From Hormiphora californensis (taxonomy: Eukaryota; Animalia; Ctenophora): a stretch of DNA of 64,000 nucleotides. A program made the translations under genes and the position numbers. Below the pieces are notes generated by a model that saw only the letters and a list, made by a program, of their open reading frames with translations, was not told the DNA's origin and did no database searches. Each line of letters begins with the position of its first letter. Position 1 is the stretch's first letter. Of the stretch, positions 1 through 17,600 are shown one piece after another. The DNA lies in the NCBI GenBank assembly GCA_020137815.1, contig CM035358.1, forward strand, positions 7,688,001 through 7,752,000, written 5' to 3'.

Positions 1-4251
<4,251 letters not shown>

Positions 4252-4311
4252 ACCTTCGTTATCTCAGTGCAGTGCTATTTGAAAGAGGAAAGGGTGATAG
4301 AGATGGCTCCA

Positions 4312-4441
<130 letters not shown>

Positions 4442-4851
4442 GAGATGTGTGTCACGTCTCCAGCAATAGAGACCTACTTTACAAGCTCGCTTTGACTGTT
4501 CTACTTGTTCGCGGTAAGAGATAGAGATAGGGAGGGAAAGCTCAAGCACCCTAGCAAAGTCCAACACACAGTTTAAAACTATCATGAAACAACGAAATGT
4601 TTTGCCGAATTCACGGCTCGTGAAATAAACTACTTTAATTAGGGTACTATCAGGAAGCCGGATAACATGTCTCCGGTGACCAAAAACTACTGGTCACCCG
4701 AGAACTGTGATCCGGCTTCCTGGTCCCCAGTAGTGTAATGTGTATGTCTTTGGGCGTATTACATCCCCAAAGACATACAAAACCATAGATAAACTATCTC
4801 CTTCCATCTCTCTCTCTCTCACTCTCACAATCCCTCATAAAAGAAGAGAGC

Positions 4852-5018
<167 letters not shown>

Positions 5019-5229
5019 ATCATAATTTAATTCACAAAAACGGGAAAAGAAGAATCTTCTACTTTACCTCATTGACATCGTCCGGGAAGTCATCTGCATC
5101 CATGTTCACCACGATAGCATCTGATACCATCAACAATTCCAGGAAGGATCTGATTGTAGTTACTTGCACCACGGGTTTGAAAAGATTTTATGGTGTTATA
5201 GCACGTACGTCGTACAGTGCACACGTATG

Positions 5230-5312
<83 letters not shown>

Positions 5313-6160
5313 TTTGTAATCTGTAAATATTTCAAAACAGGTATAATATAATCATATAATATCGTCAACTAACACCCGACATGTCATTGTGGAAAGCGTA
5401 TATGTTTTTATGTTCCAATCTCAGTTAAATCCGAGATTTGACAACTTCTGTTTAAAAATTTCGACAATAACACCAGTGCAGCTATTATAATAGGTCCAAC
5501 GTTAGAATACCACAGGTATAACTATTTATTTGTTCTTCTTATTCTCCTCTGACTCCAATCTTTTGAAAATAAAAATTAAAAAGAGAGGGATTGAATCAAG
5601 AAGAAGTAGCGAATGAGAAACTTTCTTTTCTCTCACCAGGGAGAGAGAAAGAATGAGAAAATGTTCAACAAAAAAGTCGAAAAAAATGATGTAAATGGGT
5701 TTCGAACAATTGGAGGCCAAGCCGACACGGCAATTGGCATCCCACGAGTTAACCAACTGAGCTACCCGGCCGGGTGGGTATCGTGCATTTCACCAGTTTA
5801 TATACCTAACATTTGACCATTAAGTTTTCTCTCACTCCCTCTCCACTCAGAGGGGTGTGAAAAGGGAGAGAAAAGGGAGAGAGAGCGCGTTACCCGCGCA
5901 ATATGAGACCACTAAAAATGTGTCCTTTTTCAACAGTGCCAACTGTGGGGAGGGTGGAGTTTAGTCATACTATTTCACTAAAACAACAATTGCGATCATT
6001 GTTTTTTGAATAATTATAGCCCATGCCCCCATGGATTTGAAATTGAATGATGTAAAAAATTTCTCCTCTGAACCCCCGTCATTTTCTTTCCATTCGTTTA
6101 CTCAGTAAAATATCGGCGATTTAATATCCAAGCCCTAACCCCTCCCCTGTCTCTCCTCAG

Positions 6161-6362
6161 GAATAGAGCCCTGTTTATTACCATCAGCACTCTTCTACAC
6201 ATGTTCGCTCTGGCACTCAGTTATATGCTAATGCTGATAGCAATGACTTTCAACGTTTGGCTCTTTCTAGCGGTGATTCTTGGAGCAGGAACTGGAAAAC
6301 TAATCCTCCTTCTCAAAACTAACATAGTGCCTGTGGGAGTGGGACACTGTAACGAGCCTTGA
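6161..6362 (+). CDS. SLC31A1: Terminal exon of a Ctr/SLC31 copper transporter
   Basis: Acceptor ctctcctcag|G at 6160; translates ...LLHMFALALSYMLMLIAMTFNVWLFLAVILGAGTG...GHCNEP*, with TM2 MxxxM, TM3 GxxxG and a C-terminal HC motif. Upstream exons are not seen in the window. Confidence 0.85.
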
Positions 6363-6695
6363 CAATTGTAATGATGTTTTTATTCAGTGATTGTTGTACT
6401 GTTTGCAAGTATACCCTGTCAGAGCATTGGCGGAGCGCCCAAGAACTGTGGTCAGAGCATTGGCCTGACAGAGTATACCAGAACTGAGAACATAGACACT
6501 TTCATAAATTGTGATTTATTATATACTTTCTGTGGACTGTGATTGCTTGTATCAGAATTCAGTTGAAACTGCATGTGTAACTATTCATATTTCCAGTTTA
6601 AAACTTACAGTAAAGCGTCGTTTTGTGATTACCTACTGCAGTCGGACTCTTATTTACCGGGCCCGGTTCACCGGACGGATAAATCAACTTCAATA

Positions 6696-6867
6696 CAGTC
6701 GGACCCCGATTTAACGGCACCCTTGGGGGAAAGGGTTTTGTCCGTTAAATCGGGGTGTTCGCTAAATCGGGGTCAAATACTGTTAATTTTCTATATCGGG
6801 GGAAGATTATGCTGCCGTTAAATCGGGGTGCCGCTAAATCGGGGGCCGTTAAATCGGGGTCCGACTG
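6696..6867. mobile_element. pogo/Tigger-like MITE
   Basis: TIR CAGTCGGACCCCGATTTAACGG / CCGTTAAATCGGGGTCCGACTG, TA on both sides, internal TAAATCGGGG subterminal repeats; degenerate related end at ~6639. Confidence 0.85.
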
Positions 6868-7254
6868 TACATACTAGAATAGAAGTAGGCACGTGAAAAT
6901 GTGACTTTATTTGAGCACAAATTGACAGTAACCCAGTGCGGAGGAAACTGGAAATGGCACCGAGTTGATCAGTGTGAATCCAAAATACGAAATAAAATTT
7001 TTTTTTTTGGGGGGAGAGCGCTCCCGTATTAAAACCTTGGTTCCGAGAGTACTCGGATGTACATGATGCATGCGCTCTCTGGCGCCAAAGGAACTCTGTG
7101 CTATAAGGCACTACAACAATCAATTACATCAGATATAAATCTTCAGTAGTGTCCTCTCTCAGTCTTCCTCTGAACCCTCGAAATAAAATTCAAATACGAA
7201 ACTGTGAAATTCATCGAAACTTCGAAAGTGCAAATTGCCAAGTAAAGGGAAAGC

Positions 7255-7450
7255 TTGCGGAGGTTGAATGCAGCGCATAAAACGTGTCGCGCGTGCCGTT
7301 TATTGAACGCGCGCGCGTCAAAAATAATACGATGTTCTGAAATTTGTCGCATTTTTTTACACGTTTTAATTTTTGAAGGTCCCGTTTTTCGATCGTGGTA
7401 TCTTTTTTAGAGCTTTGTGCGTCGCTCAACCGATCCTATAAAATGTACAG
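7255..7450 (+). promoter_or_regulatory. Possible promoter region ahead of ATG4 and the downstream co-oriented cluster
   Basis: Local CpG/GCGCGC enrichment and TATAAAA at ~7437, just upstream of the ATG4 start; composition only. Confidence 0.25.
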
Positions 7451-7488
7451 TGACCGTTTATTAAATAATCACCATCCAAAAAACCAAT

Positions 7489-10400
7489 ATGTTACCAGTT
7501 AGGCATGCTAATTTAAAAAGACTGCGGCGTGCATGTGCACCCGTTGAATGGTCGATGTTAGAGCCATCTGGTGACGCGCAATACGAGGCTGTTGAACAAG
7601 GCCTCGATCCCCTTTCCCTACCAGCAGATCCATCAGCAGACCCATACCTTCACGACTACAGTCTTTGTGGGTTCGCAGTCTCAGAAGATGCCAGTCCCCT
7701 CTTGACATACAGTGGAAATTTGTGAGTTCCCATTCTATTGCGTCATAGATTTTGTCTTCAGAAACCTATAAAACTTTCCTTTTTAGATCACCTACTTTGG
7801 AGAGCCCGGAATGTTATATTTCGCCAGAAGAAGAGTGCTCGAAGGAGCCCTATGTTATGACTACAACGTCTAGCTCCCAAATCTACCCCAAAGGATCTCT
7901 TGATTTCGCTTCAATTCGTTCCCCGGGGGAAATGCACGAGGATTCATTAAATGACATTCCCTCCCTGTATCCCTCAATATCTGATCTAGAGATCACTGAA
8001 TCCCCTGAGAGGTAGGGTTTCATTGTCTGACCCTGTCTCACAAGAGTTCTAGAAAGGAAGTTGCATCATTCAGAGTTTCACCCGCTTTTAATTTCCCCAT
8101 CACCAAAACCATTTTTCTAGTTTCAAGTCTGCAACGGAAGACAGTCCGCCACCGCCACCGAGACAACAACAACGATTCACCACTCCCCCAACTTCCTACC
8201 AACCAAAACCAAGAAAGAACCCTCTGAACGATGAGAGTCTGTTGAAAAAGAGCGAACCAGTGAGGGTGGCGGATACCGTTTATTATGATCCTCTCTCACC
8301 GGCTGGGCCCTCACACAGAGAGAGGGTCCCATATCGGTCAACCACACCAACATACCATCCCCCCGAACGGGTAAGGGACTGTCTCAATAATGTTTCATAT
8401 CTCTCTGACTCTATCCTTATCTAGGTATTATTTTCATTCTATCTTTCTCTATCGTTATCTCTCCTAGAAGATAAGAGGAGGCCCAAACACCGGAGATATG
8501 GATGAACTGATGGGGGTATTTAAAGGAGGCTTTAACAATGCTGTCCAGTGTAAGAAATATACCTAGATCTGTTTTCTAAATGAAATAAATCGCAGGAATT
8601 TGCCACTACAGTCTACAAAAGGCAAACCAAAGTTTCCAATTTTTGACTAACCCTTCTCCTTCCCCAGTTTTATCAGAGGTAGTTTACACCGGCCAGAGTT
8701 TTGACTCCTCCTCCTGTATCTGTTTCCTTGGTCGGATCTACCAGAGCAAGCACCATGATGAGGGAAAGATAGCGAGGTGCAGGCTGGATACCGATAGTTC
8801 TGAAACATCAAATTGGGTCTTTCCAAGACTTTATCTCGGACTTTAAATCTCGAGTTTGGATAACGTATCGTCGAGGTGAGCCATAGTTGGGGGTGTTTTG
8901 TAGGAACACTGTCAAAAATATTAATTAATTATCTCCTATCCTACGTAAGTCACCTAATTAATTACTTAATTATACTTCACATGTCTAATTAATTAATTAC
9001 AACGAAGTAATGCAACTGTTAATTAATCTATATTTTCCCAGGGTTCATATGTCTGCCAGGAACCAGTCTCAGTTCTGATACAGGGTGGGGATTGTATGTT
9101 ACGGACAGGTCAGATGCTTCTTGCCACTGCTCTGCAGATTCACAGTTTTGGAAGGAGATGGAGGAGACCAGGGTCACACAAGGAGAACAAGTATTATACT
9201 GATACACAGTTCCAAGAGTCCAGGTTAGTACTATACTGATACACAGTTCCAAGAGTCCAGGTTAGTTGATTATACTGATACACAGTTCCAAGAGTCCAGG
9301 TTAGTACTATACTGATACACAGTTCCAAGAGTCCAGGTTAGCTAGTACTAGTGTTATTTACACCTTTTGAATACACGTTTTGCAAGTTTCACAGACCTCC
9401 ATTGACCATTTCCGTACCTCACTCAGGTCTCAGTTGTGTTTTCAAGACAACAACGTAGTACACGTCATGTATATTTTAACTACTCCCTAGATTCCGTGGT
9501 TTGATAAAGTTGTTTGGGGACAAGAGAAGTGAGCCCTTTTCATTGCAACAAATGTTGAAGATAGGAAAGGAGCATCTGAACAAGGCTTACGGGGAATGGT
9601 ACGGGCCTTCTTCTGTATCATACGTTATAAGGTACATTGGTTACAGTGATTAACTTATCTTCCATTCTCTTGCATCAGTTTGTTGTATTTGTTTGGCTAA
9701 AAACTCATATTTACTCCATACCCCGGTCGTTATGTGTGTTTCCTGGGAAAATAAGAGGACATAAATTTTCAACTCCCTTATCTATAATACTGCTGCTATG
9801 CTATACCCTGCATGTATGTTGCGACATGAAATATGTAGGACATTGTAACACTAGAGCCTTAGTGTGTAACACACAACTCAGTATTATGTGTGCAGAGAAT
9901 TATGTACAAAAACTCATAACCAATGCATATTGTGTTCTGTGTAACCAAGGTAACCAATTTCAGAGTTTGTGTAACCATGGTAACCGATTTCTGAGTTTGT
10001 GTAACCAAGGTAACCAATTTCAGAGTTTGTTTAGAGTACGCAAAGGAGAAACCAGCAGGTACCTATGGGCCCTATATTCAAATCCGAGATTTCACCGTCT
10101 ACACTGCTACCGATTGTATGGGTAAGTTTAAATTTGATATAAATTAAAACTTTAGTTAGTCATTTAGGCAAAATAAAAGTGCTAAAATTCTCCCACGTCT
10201 CATAATTTAAACACATTTCCTCCAGTTTTCAGGGGAGATATAGTAAAGACAGCAACTAGGAACGGCACTTGTTCGTGGCTGAAAACTCTTGTTTTGATAT
10301 CAGTGAGAATGGGTGGAGATGAGCTGAACCCTGCCTACCAAGAACCTATACAGGTAACTTAATAACTAATTTAAAATGTTTTGAGGAACTTGTTGATTCC

Positions 10401-11384
10401 TAAAGTTAGTTTTATTGTTTTTTTGTTATTGTTTTTAATTTCCCAGAAATTATTTGACTATTCACTGTTCAATGTTAACCCAAGAGCTATCCCCTGCAGT
10501 CCTACCTATCTAGTTCCATCTGTCTGGGAATTATTGGCGGAAGAAAGCGTCACTCCCTCTACTTTACTGGATTCCAAGGCAGCAAGTTGATCCACTACGA
10601 TCCCCACCGCTGTCAACCTGTTATGAAGACAGAGGGGGACTTCAAATATGAGGTAGGAGTTGTGCGGCTCACACCGCATTTTATGACATAAAATGACAGT
10701 GTGCACACGATCTGTGAGGGTTCAGTAGATAAATCTCTCCCCTCTTCCCAGTCCTACGTGTGTTCGACACCTCGGAAGATGGCCTTCTCCAAAATGGATC
10801 CCTCCTGTACATTTGCCTTTTATCTGTCCAGTGAGGATGACCTTAGAGAGCTGACTAAATTATCAAGTAGACCTGGCGTTATCAAGGTAATTAATTAATT
10901 AATTAGTAGACCTGGCGTCACTGAGTTACAAAGTATCAAGCAGATGCAAAATTACCTTGACCAATAATTATTTCCTAATTGTGTAGGTGTTTGAGATTCT
11001 GGATGGTACTAAAGAGGAGTATATGACAACAATTTTCAACCCAACAATTCTGGTAATATAAGAGAGATACTGGTAATATACTGGTAATATACTGGTAATA
11101 TAAGAGAAATACAGCTTCATCTTCGATACATGAGTTTCGGGAGTTTATACCCTCAGAGTTTTTCTGAATGCGTTTGTTTAACCCCCATTCCCCGGCCTCA
11201 ATATTTCATTTTCTATACCACCCCTAATCTCCTAAATATTTTGCAGGCGTTTGATCACAATGAGGCCCCTAATCTTCTCAATATTTTGCAGGCGTTTGAT
11301 CACAATGAGAGCATGGTAGATGAGGGTGTTTCATTCTCCGATATCAACTCACTGGAGGGCAGTGATTTCGAGTACTTGGACTGA
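7489..11384 (+). CDS. ATG4: ATG4C/D-type cysteine protease (peptidase C54), multi-exon, long N-terminal extension
   Basis: Exons give DFKSRVWITYRR, SDTGWG[C]MLRTGQMLLA, GEWYGP, VRMGGDELNPAY, CLGIIGGRKRHSLYFTGFQ...YDPH, PRKMAFSKMDPSCTFAFY and a C-terminal LIR-like DFEYL. Two +1 T frameshifts (~8821, ~9092). Confidence 0.92.
9196..9345. repeat. Intronic minisatellite, ~38-bp unit x4
   Basis: TATACTGATACACAGTTCCAAGAGTCCAGGTTAG repeated immediately after the donor site. Confidence 0.85.
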
Positions 11385-11640
11385 GTGTTTGTGAGAGAGA
11401 GAGATTTGTAATTATTTTGTTGAATGGAATGATTAATTGTTTCTCTTGATCTATTAATGGATTTCGGCAAGGTTTAAAACGGAAAGATTTGAACTTTTGT
11501 GATGTTTGAGAATCGTATCAGCACGTCAAAGGGGGAGAGCTGTATAAATTGAGAAGACCTATAATAATTGTAAATGATTGTATTCTCTGTGTTTGTTTGT
11601 GCGCTGGAAAGGGTACTGTAGGTGTGTGCTACCTGATGTG

Positions 11641-11749
11641 CAGGAACCGACCGAATCAGAAAATACTGGTCCCTGATTGGCTGATAACCAGTCACGTGAC
11701 CTAATTAACGAGTTCTGATTGGTTGTTTACTTGTGTCGGTCGGTTCCTG
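11641..11749. mobile_element. hAT-like MITE
   Basis: TIR CAGGAACCGACCGA / TCGGTCGGTTCCTG; perfect 8-bp TSD CTGATGTG (11633-11640, 11750-11757); truncated second copy at ~46305-46360. Confidence 0.9.
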
Positions 11750-11955
11750 CTGATGTGTGTGTGTCAATGATTTTGTTACTTCTGTTAATTGAATACGATG
11801 TATTGTTTACAAAACACGCTGAGTTTTGTACTAATTCACTCGTCTCTTTAACTCGTCTAAAACACCCTAAACCCGCCCCCAACCGCAGCCAATCCCTCAC
11901 TTCCTTCTAAATGTGTCCAAAGCTCTCCTCCGAACTATTTGTAGCTATGTGACCA

Positions 11956-13063
11956 ATGTTTGTTAGGACCCTAATGGCAGGAGCGACTCGGATCATAGAC
12001 CGGTTTTCTACATATCTCATAGACTGTGATGGAGTACTTTGGTCTAATCATCAAGCTATTCCAGGTTAGAAAAATATGTTTTCATCTAGACAAATATCTT
12101 ATTGTATTCAGATCCGTATCCTGTATTTTCTTAACCATGTATTAATCACCAGTAGATGTTTTCCAGTATGGTGTCCACATGCTACTAATTTAGTATTTAT
12201 GCTCTCAGATTATTCAGCATTCAACAACTAATATGAACCATCCCTTCCGGTGGTTCTGCCATTCTACCGTAAAACAAACACCTCCCCTTCAGGTGCATCC
12301 AAGACGATCAAGACGCTAATAAACAACCCAGATAAACGAGTTATATTCGTTACCAACAACTGCGGCAGGACGGTATCTAACATCCAACACACACTAGACA
12401 CCCTGCTAGACGTTCCTAATGTGCCACCCCGTGATATCATCACCAGTGGATCAGCCACCGCCATTTACCTGAAAAACAAAATGGATGTTGAGAATGAGAA
12501 GGTTTATCTAGTCGCACAGGAGGCATTCTCCGAGACTTTGGCTGATTTTGGGATTTCTCATTTCGGACTTGGTCCAAATCCTTTCAAACTTCATAGCGAG
12601 TGGAGGGATTTTGTAGTAGACCCCTCTGTAAAGTATGTCATTGTTAGTCTTGACAGGGATTTTAGCCACTCAAAACTCACCCAAGCGTACCTCTACATCA
12701 CTGAAAATAACGCGGAGTACCTCGCACCCGATGTGGATAGATTCTTCTCGTGTGGTCCTATTAGGAAGATACCTGGTACTCACTCCCTCCAGGCTGGGTT
12801 AACATCTCTTGTTGAGAAGGAGCCTAAAGTTATGGGGAAACCTAGCAGGTTTATATTTGAGATTCTGGAGGAGGAGTATGGTAAGATTGATAAGGATCAG
12901 GACTCTTATGATTGGAGATTCGTACGAGACTGATATGAAGTTTGGTTTTAATTGTGGGGTTTCAACGGCATTGGTGCTGACTGGAAATGCAAAGAAAGAA
13001 GATGTGAAGTCATTCGAGAGGAAACCAGATTTTGTACTGGACGATATTTCTGAGATTTTGTAA
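11956..13063 (+). CDS. HAD-IIA phosphatase (phosphoglycolate / pyridoxal-phosphate phosphatase-like), 2 exons
   Basis: Exon 1 (11956-12064) YLIDCDGVLW; exon 2 FVTNN, VMGKPS, RTLMIGDSYETDMKFG, LVLTG, KPDFV; one frameshift near 12895. Confidence 0.88.
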
Positions 13064-13204
13064 ATACTCATTTTAGTAGTGCATTTATACACTTTTTAGT
13101 ACACTTTTTATACTTTTTTAGCAATTTAGTTTAGATTTGAAGTTGAATTAGTCTCACATTACACATTATCCTATATTTATCTAGAATGAGAGTTTGGCCT
13201 AAAA

Positions 13205-14437
13205 ATGTCTAAGATCCGATTTTCCTGTAATCCCCATTCTCTCCAAATGGGGCTACCCGAATATCTACGGGAGCGGGGCCCTAACCCAACTAACACACAC
13301 CCACATACCCCGGGTATACACTAGACCATCTCTTCTTGGTTATACCCCCATCGCAGCCCACATTACCGGCCCTTACTTTGAGAAACTGAATAAACCCAGT
13401 GGGTTGAGTGTAGAGAGGACATGTGGTGGCAATGGCAGATGGTGGTCAAGTTGGGGTCGACTGTGATGACGTCATCAAGCACAGTGACGTCATCAAAGAC
13501 AATGACGTCACAAATGAACCCGACCTTCCCTCGATACTTGTACTGTCCAGGGGGAATCAGGATATCTCGCTCTATAGGATCCCTCCTGAAAGCCAAGGTG
13601 TTCCTTGATGCTGGTTACCCACGGGTTGTTATACCAAACAGACGAGGTTTCAGTAAAGTCCCACTTTACACTACCATGCAGAACTTCCCAATAACGGGTT
13701 ACAACGATACAGGCCAGATCTTGGACTGGTCTGAATCACAGTTCCCGGGTTCAAAGTGGATCATGGTAGGGAGCTGTTGGGGAGCTTCTAACATTTTGAA
13801 TTTCCTGTCGGAGGGCGATAATAAAGATAGGCCCAGTGTGTTGGGAGGAATTGTAGACAGTTTTCAGTTTTGTGGAAAGCGATTTATGAACTCTCAACTC
13901 CATTCAACTGATCGGTATGTCAGATTTGCCACGAATACCATGAATAATTTGTTTATTGACACTGTCTTCAATCGCCACTGCTCTGAGGAATTACGAGACA
14001 AGGTCACTGAGTTGCTTGGTGGGGAGAAGGAGAGGGAAAGACTTGGACAAATTAAGGTGTGGAACGAGAAAGATACAAAGATGATGTATGAGGATTTTTT
14101 CTGGAAGCTATGTCCAGTAGTTGACAATAGGATGTCTAGTATGGAGGAGTTTTATAAGCATTTCTGTCCAAGTTATGGTCATGATCCCAAGTACTCACGG
14201 TATCTTAACATTTCAAAGCCGGTGGTTATGTTTTTAGCTGATGATGATTTGTTCTCCCCCTTTGATACTAAAGAGGTTGAGAAATTGATGAAAAATCCAA
14301 ATTTGTGTTTGTGGCTGTTCCCCGGTGGAGGCCATGTTGAATTTCCAGAGTCGTATGTTTTTAATTATCGGAGTTTCATCTCACCAATAACTTTGCAGTG
14401 TGCAGAGCTGTTGCAAAGATACTCTTCCAAACTGTAA
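13205..14437 (+). CDS. Intronless ABHD1/2/3 (YheT/EHT1-like) alpha/beta hydrolase
   Basis: MADGGQVGVD, GYPRVVIPNRRG, MVGSCWGA, ISKPVVMFLADDDLFSP, NPNLCL...GGGHVEF; the 5' part needs frameshifts to join and the start is uncertain. Confidence 0.75.
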
Positions 14438-14567
14438 AGATTTGTTAATTTTGGTAGTTTTTATACCGAGTTATTACGATGTGTTTCATATTTGAAATTT
14501 GTTCTTTTTACTATCTAAATGTATAACGAATGTACCAATTATATAATTGATAACAATTAATTAGGCT

Positions 14568-15101
14568 ATGGACGGTTTCGGTTCTGAGGATCTATTTAAT
14601 GTGCTAGATGAAAAACCCGCCTCAACCACTCCAAGAATAACGGGCAAAGTGGTTTCTCTGGAACCCAAGAAGGGGCTCACCGTGACACCAGAGGTTTTAG
14701 GTAAGTGGTTAGGGGGATCTAGTAACTGGTTAGTGAGATCTAGGTTGGTGGTTAGTGGGATTTAGTATATGATTAGATGACTGGTTAAAATGGTCTATTA
14801 CTTTTTAGTGCACGAGGCCGAAGGCCGAGTGCTCTAAATACAACAATAATGAACCGAGACCGACAGGTCGAGATAGATCCTTTTACTTAGCTGCCGAGCC
14901 TGCGAGGCACGCTAAGTGTAACTACTGAGCGAGCCTGCGAGCTCTGTAGTTGTACTTTTGGGCCGAGCCTGCGAGGCCTAAAAGTGAAAGAATCTTTAAC
15001 ATTATTGTTGTGTAATAGAGCATGTAAAAGCAGTCATCTAATTTTATTAGATGATTTTGGAAACAAACTGAGTGAACGAGATAAAGATTGAGCGAGTGAG
15101 T

Positions 15102-15199
<98 letters not shown>

Positions 15200-17536
15200 G
15201 AGAATGTGTGTGAGAGAGAGATAGGGAAAGAGAGAATCGAAGGCAGAGAGGGAAAGCAGATGCAGGCCGCTCATTGGGGTGGTGCCATCACGTGACGATC
15301 ACGTGACCTATAGTTGCAGAGGGGAAGAAAAGATAAGGGTTAGGGCGTGTGTGTGACGATCACGTGACCTAGAAGAGTTGCAACATGTCGCAGGGGGAAG
15401 AAAAGATAAGCGTGTGCTGTTGCGTGTGCAGTAGTTAGAGCGTGTGTTATACTGTGTAGTGACGTAATGTTCACACTGTGTGCGTGTGACTAGAAAGTGT
15501 CTAATTTTTCACATACCACTGCAACGGTATTTTACTTTATAATTACTAGTGTTTTTGCAGTGGTCTAAGTTTTCACAGTACACTGTAACCGGTGGTAACG
15601 GTGTACTGTGAAAATTTAGATCACCGGTCAAAATTGTCTAATAAGTGGTTAGTTAGATCTAGTAAGTGGTTAGTTAGATCTATACAGGTGGTTAGTTAGA
15701 TCTATACAGGTGGTTAGTTAGATCTAGACAAGTGGTTAGTGGGTTCTAGACACGTGGTAACTGGTTACATAAGGAAATAACCAATTTATCTTCATTGTAA
15801 TTAAGTCTGTGGTATATGATAACATCCCCCCCTCAACAGGTATCCAGGACGAGGATACAACTGGTAGTAATGAGAATTTGGACACGACCAACACGGAAGA
15901 GGGATCAACTCATAAGAGAGGACGGGATGAGGTTAGTATGTACTACTAATGATTAGCATTTACAGAGATTCGCCTCATTTGGCAAACCTGTTTCTCGTGA
16001 TTTTCAGCAAATATAGTTCGACACTTTCTATTACACACAGGATTCAGAAGAAGCCTCGACCTCAAAACCACTCAACGAAGATGCTGACGAGGAAGATTCT
16101 CTTGCTGAGAAGACAAAGAAAGCAAGAATAGAGGAGGAGATGGAGAAGAAGACCTTGTTTGATGTATCTAGGGTGACCAGTAAAGTTGTGTTAGAATCTG
16201 AGTCGTGTCTTCACGAGGCGATATATCCTGTTGATTATGAGCTGGAGGAGTTGAAACCCCTGACTTCTAAACCTGCCAAAGAGTACCCTTTTATACTGGA
16301 TCCCTTTCAGCAGGAGGCCATCAAGTGCATCCAAAATAACAGGTCAGTTGGAGATCATGTCATTTTGTAGTTTGTAGCTTGTAGCTTCATCTGAAATCAC
16401 CATTCACCATCCAATAAACCTACTTTACATGATCTGTATTCCCCTTTCATTTCCCAAATGTTGTAAATGTTTCCAGGTCGGTGCTGGTATCTGCTCACAC
16501 TTCTGCTGGTAAGACTGTAGTTGCGGAGTATGCCATAGCCCAGTCTCTGAACAACAAACAGAGGGTCATCTACACAACACCAATTAAGGTACCAACTTAC
16601 TACTTTGTTTTCATACCTGTTTTTACCAAACTTGACATTCCTATGTCCTAGTTATGGTGAGAGAGGGTATTACAATCGTCCATGCTTGTTCTAAATATGA
16701 TTTTCTAAGAGCAGTTTATACCATATCATTGGACAACTGCCAAACGAAATACAAAATACATTTACTTCCCAGAATGTCTACTAAAATACCAATATATTGC
16801 CAGGCGCTAAGCAACCAGAAATTCCGAGAAATGACTGAGGAGTTTGGTGACGTGGGACTGATGACTGGTGACGTCACGATATCACCCACTGCCTCCTGTC
16901 TTATTATGACAACAGAGATCTTGAGGAGTATGTTGTATAGAGGGAGTGAGGTGCTGAGAGAGGTTGGATGGGTAAGTTACATACTGCTCCCTTTTTTTCA
17001 AAACATTATATACTCGAGAATGTCTTTGAAAGTTGATAATTTAATTAATTAACTAACATATTTTCAAAGTATTAATAACATTAACCTACAGGTGATATTT
17101 GATGAGATCCACTACATGAGAGATAAAGAGAGGGGAGTGGTATGGGAGGAAAGTATTATCCTCCTTCCTGATTCAGTACATTTCGTCTTCCTCTCAGCTA
17201 CCATACCTAATGCTAAGCAGTATGCTGAATGGGTAAGAAACTGTTCATTAGCAGTAGTTTGTTATAGAGTTTTGCCTTAACTTTTGCATATTATTATCAA
17301 GTTGTAGCCAGTCCCCATTGTGTATGTGTGTAGAGTACCGAACTAAATTTTGGAAACTTGTATCGGATTACATGATAAACAACACAGAAATAGAACGGGA
17401 CTGAAGCAGCACCCTTCACTTCTTCTTGTTCATTACCCTTCAATTTCTTGATGTTCATACCCTTCGCTAAGATTAGAAATCTTTACAAATTAAACATATT
17501 GATATCAACTCTCTCTCCCTAGTTAAAGTAGCTATC

Positions 17537-17600
<64 letters not shown>

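Noticed and set aside
5880-6125. Candidate terminal inverted repeat of the transposase element
   Set aside because: The partner end is outside the window, so no TIR or TSD can be verified.
6409-6478. 13-bp inverted repeat GTATACCCTGTCA / TGACAGAGTATAC after the Ctr stop
   Set aside because: Too short and single; may be a MITE remnant but not supportable.
11956-14437. HAD and ABHD genes as pseudogenes
   Set aside because: Only isolated 1-nt indels with motifs intact, and the same error type is seen in neighbouring genes.
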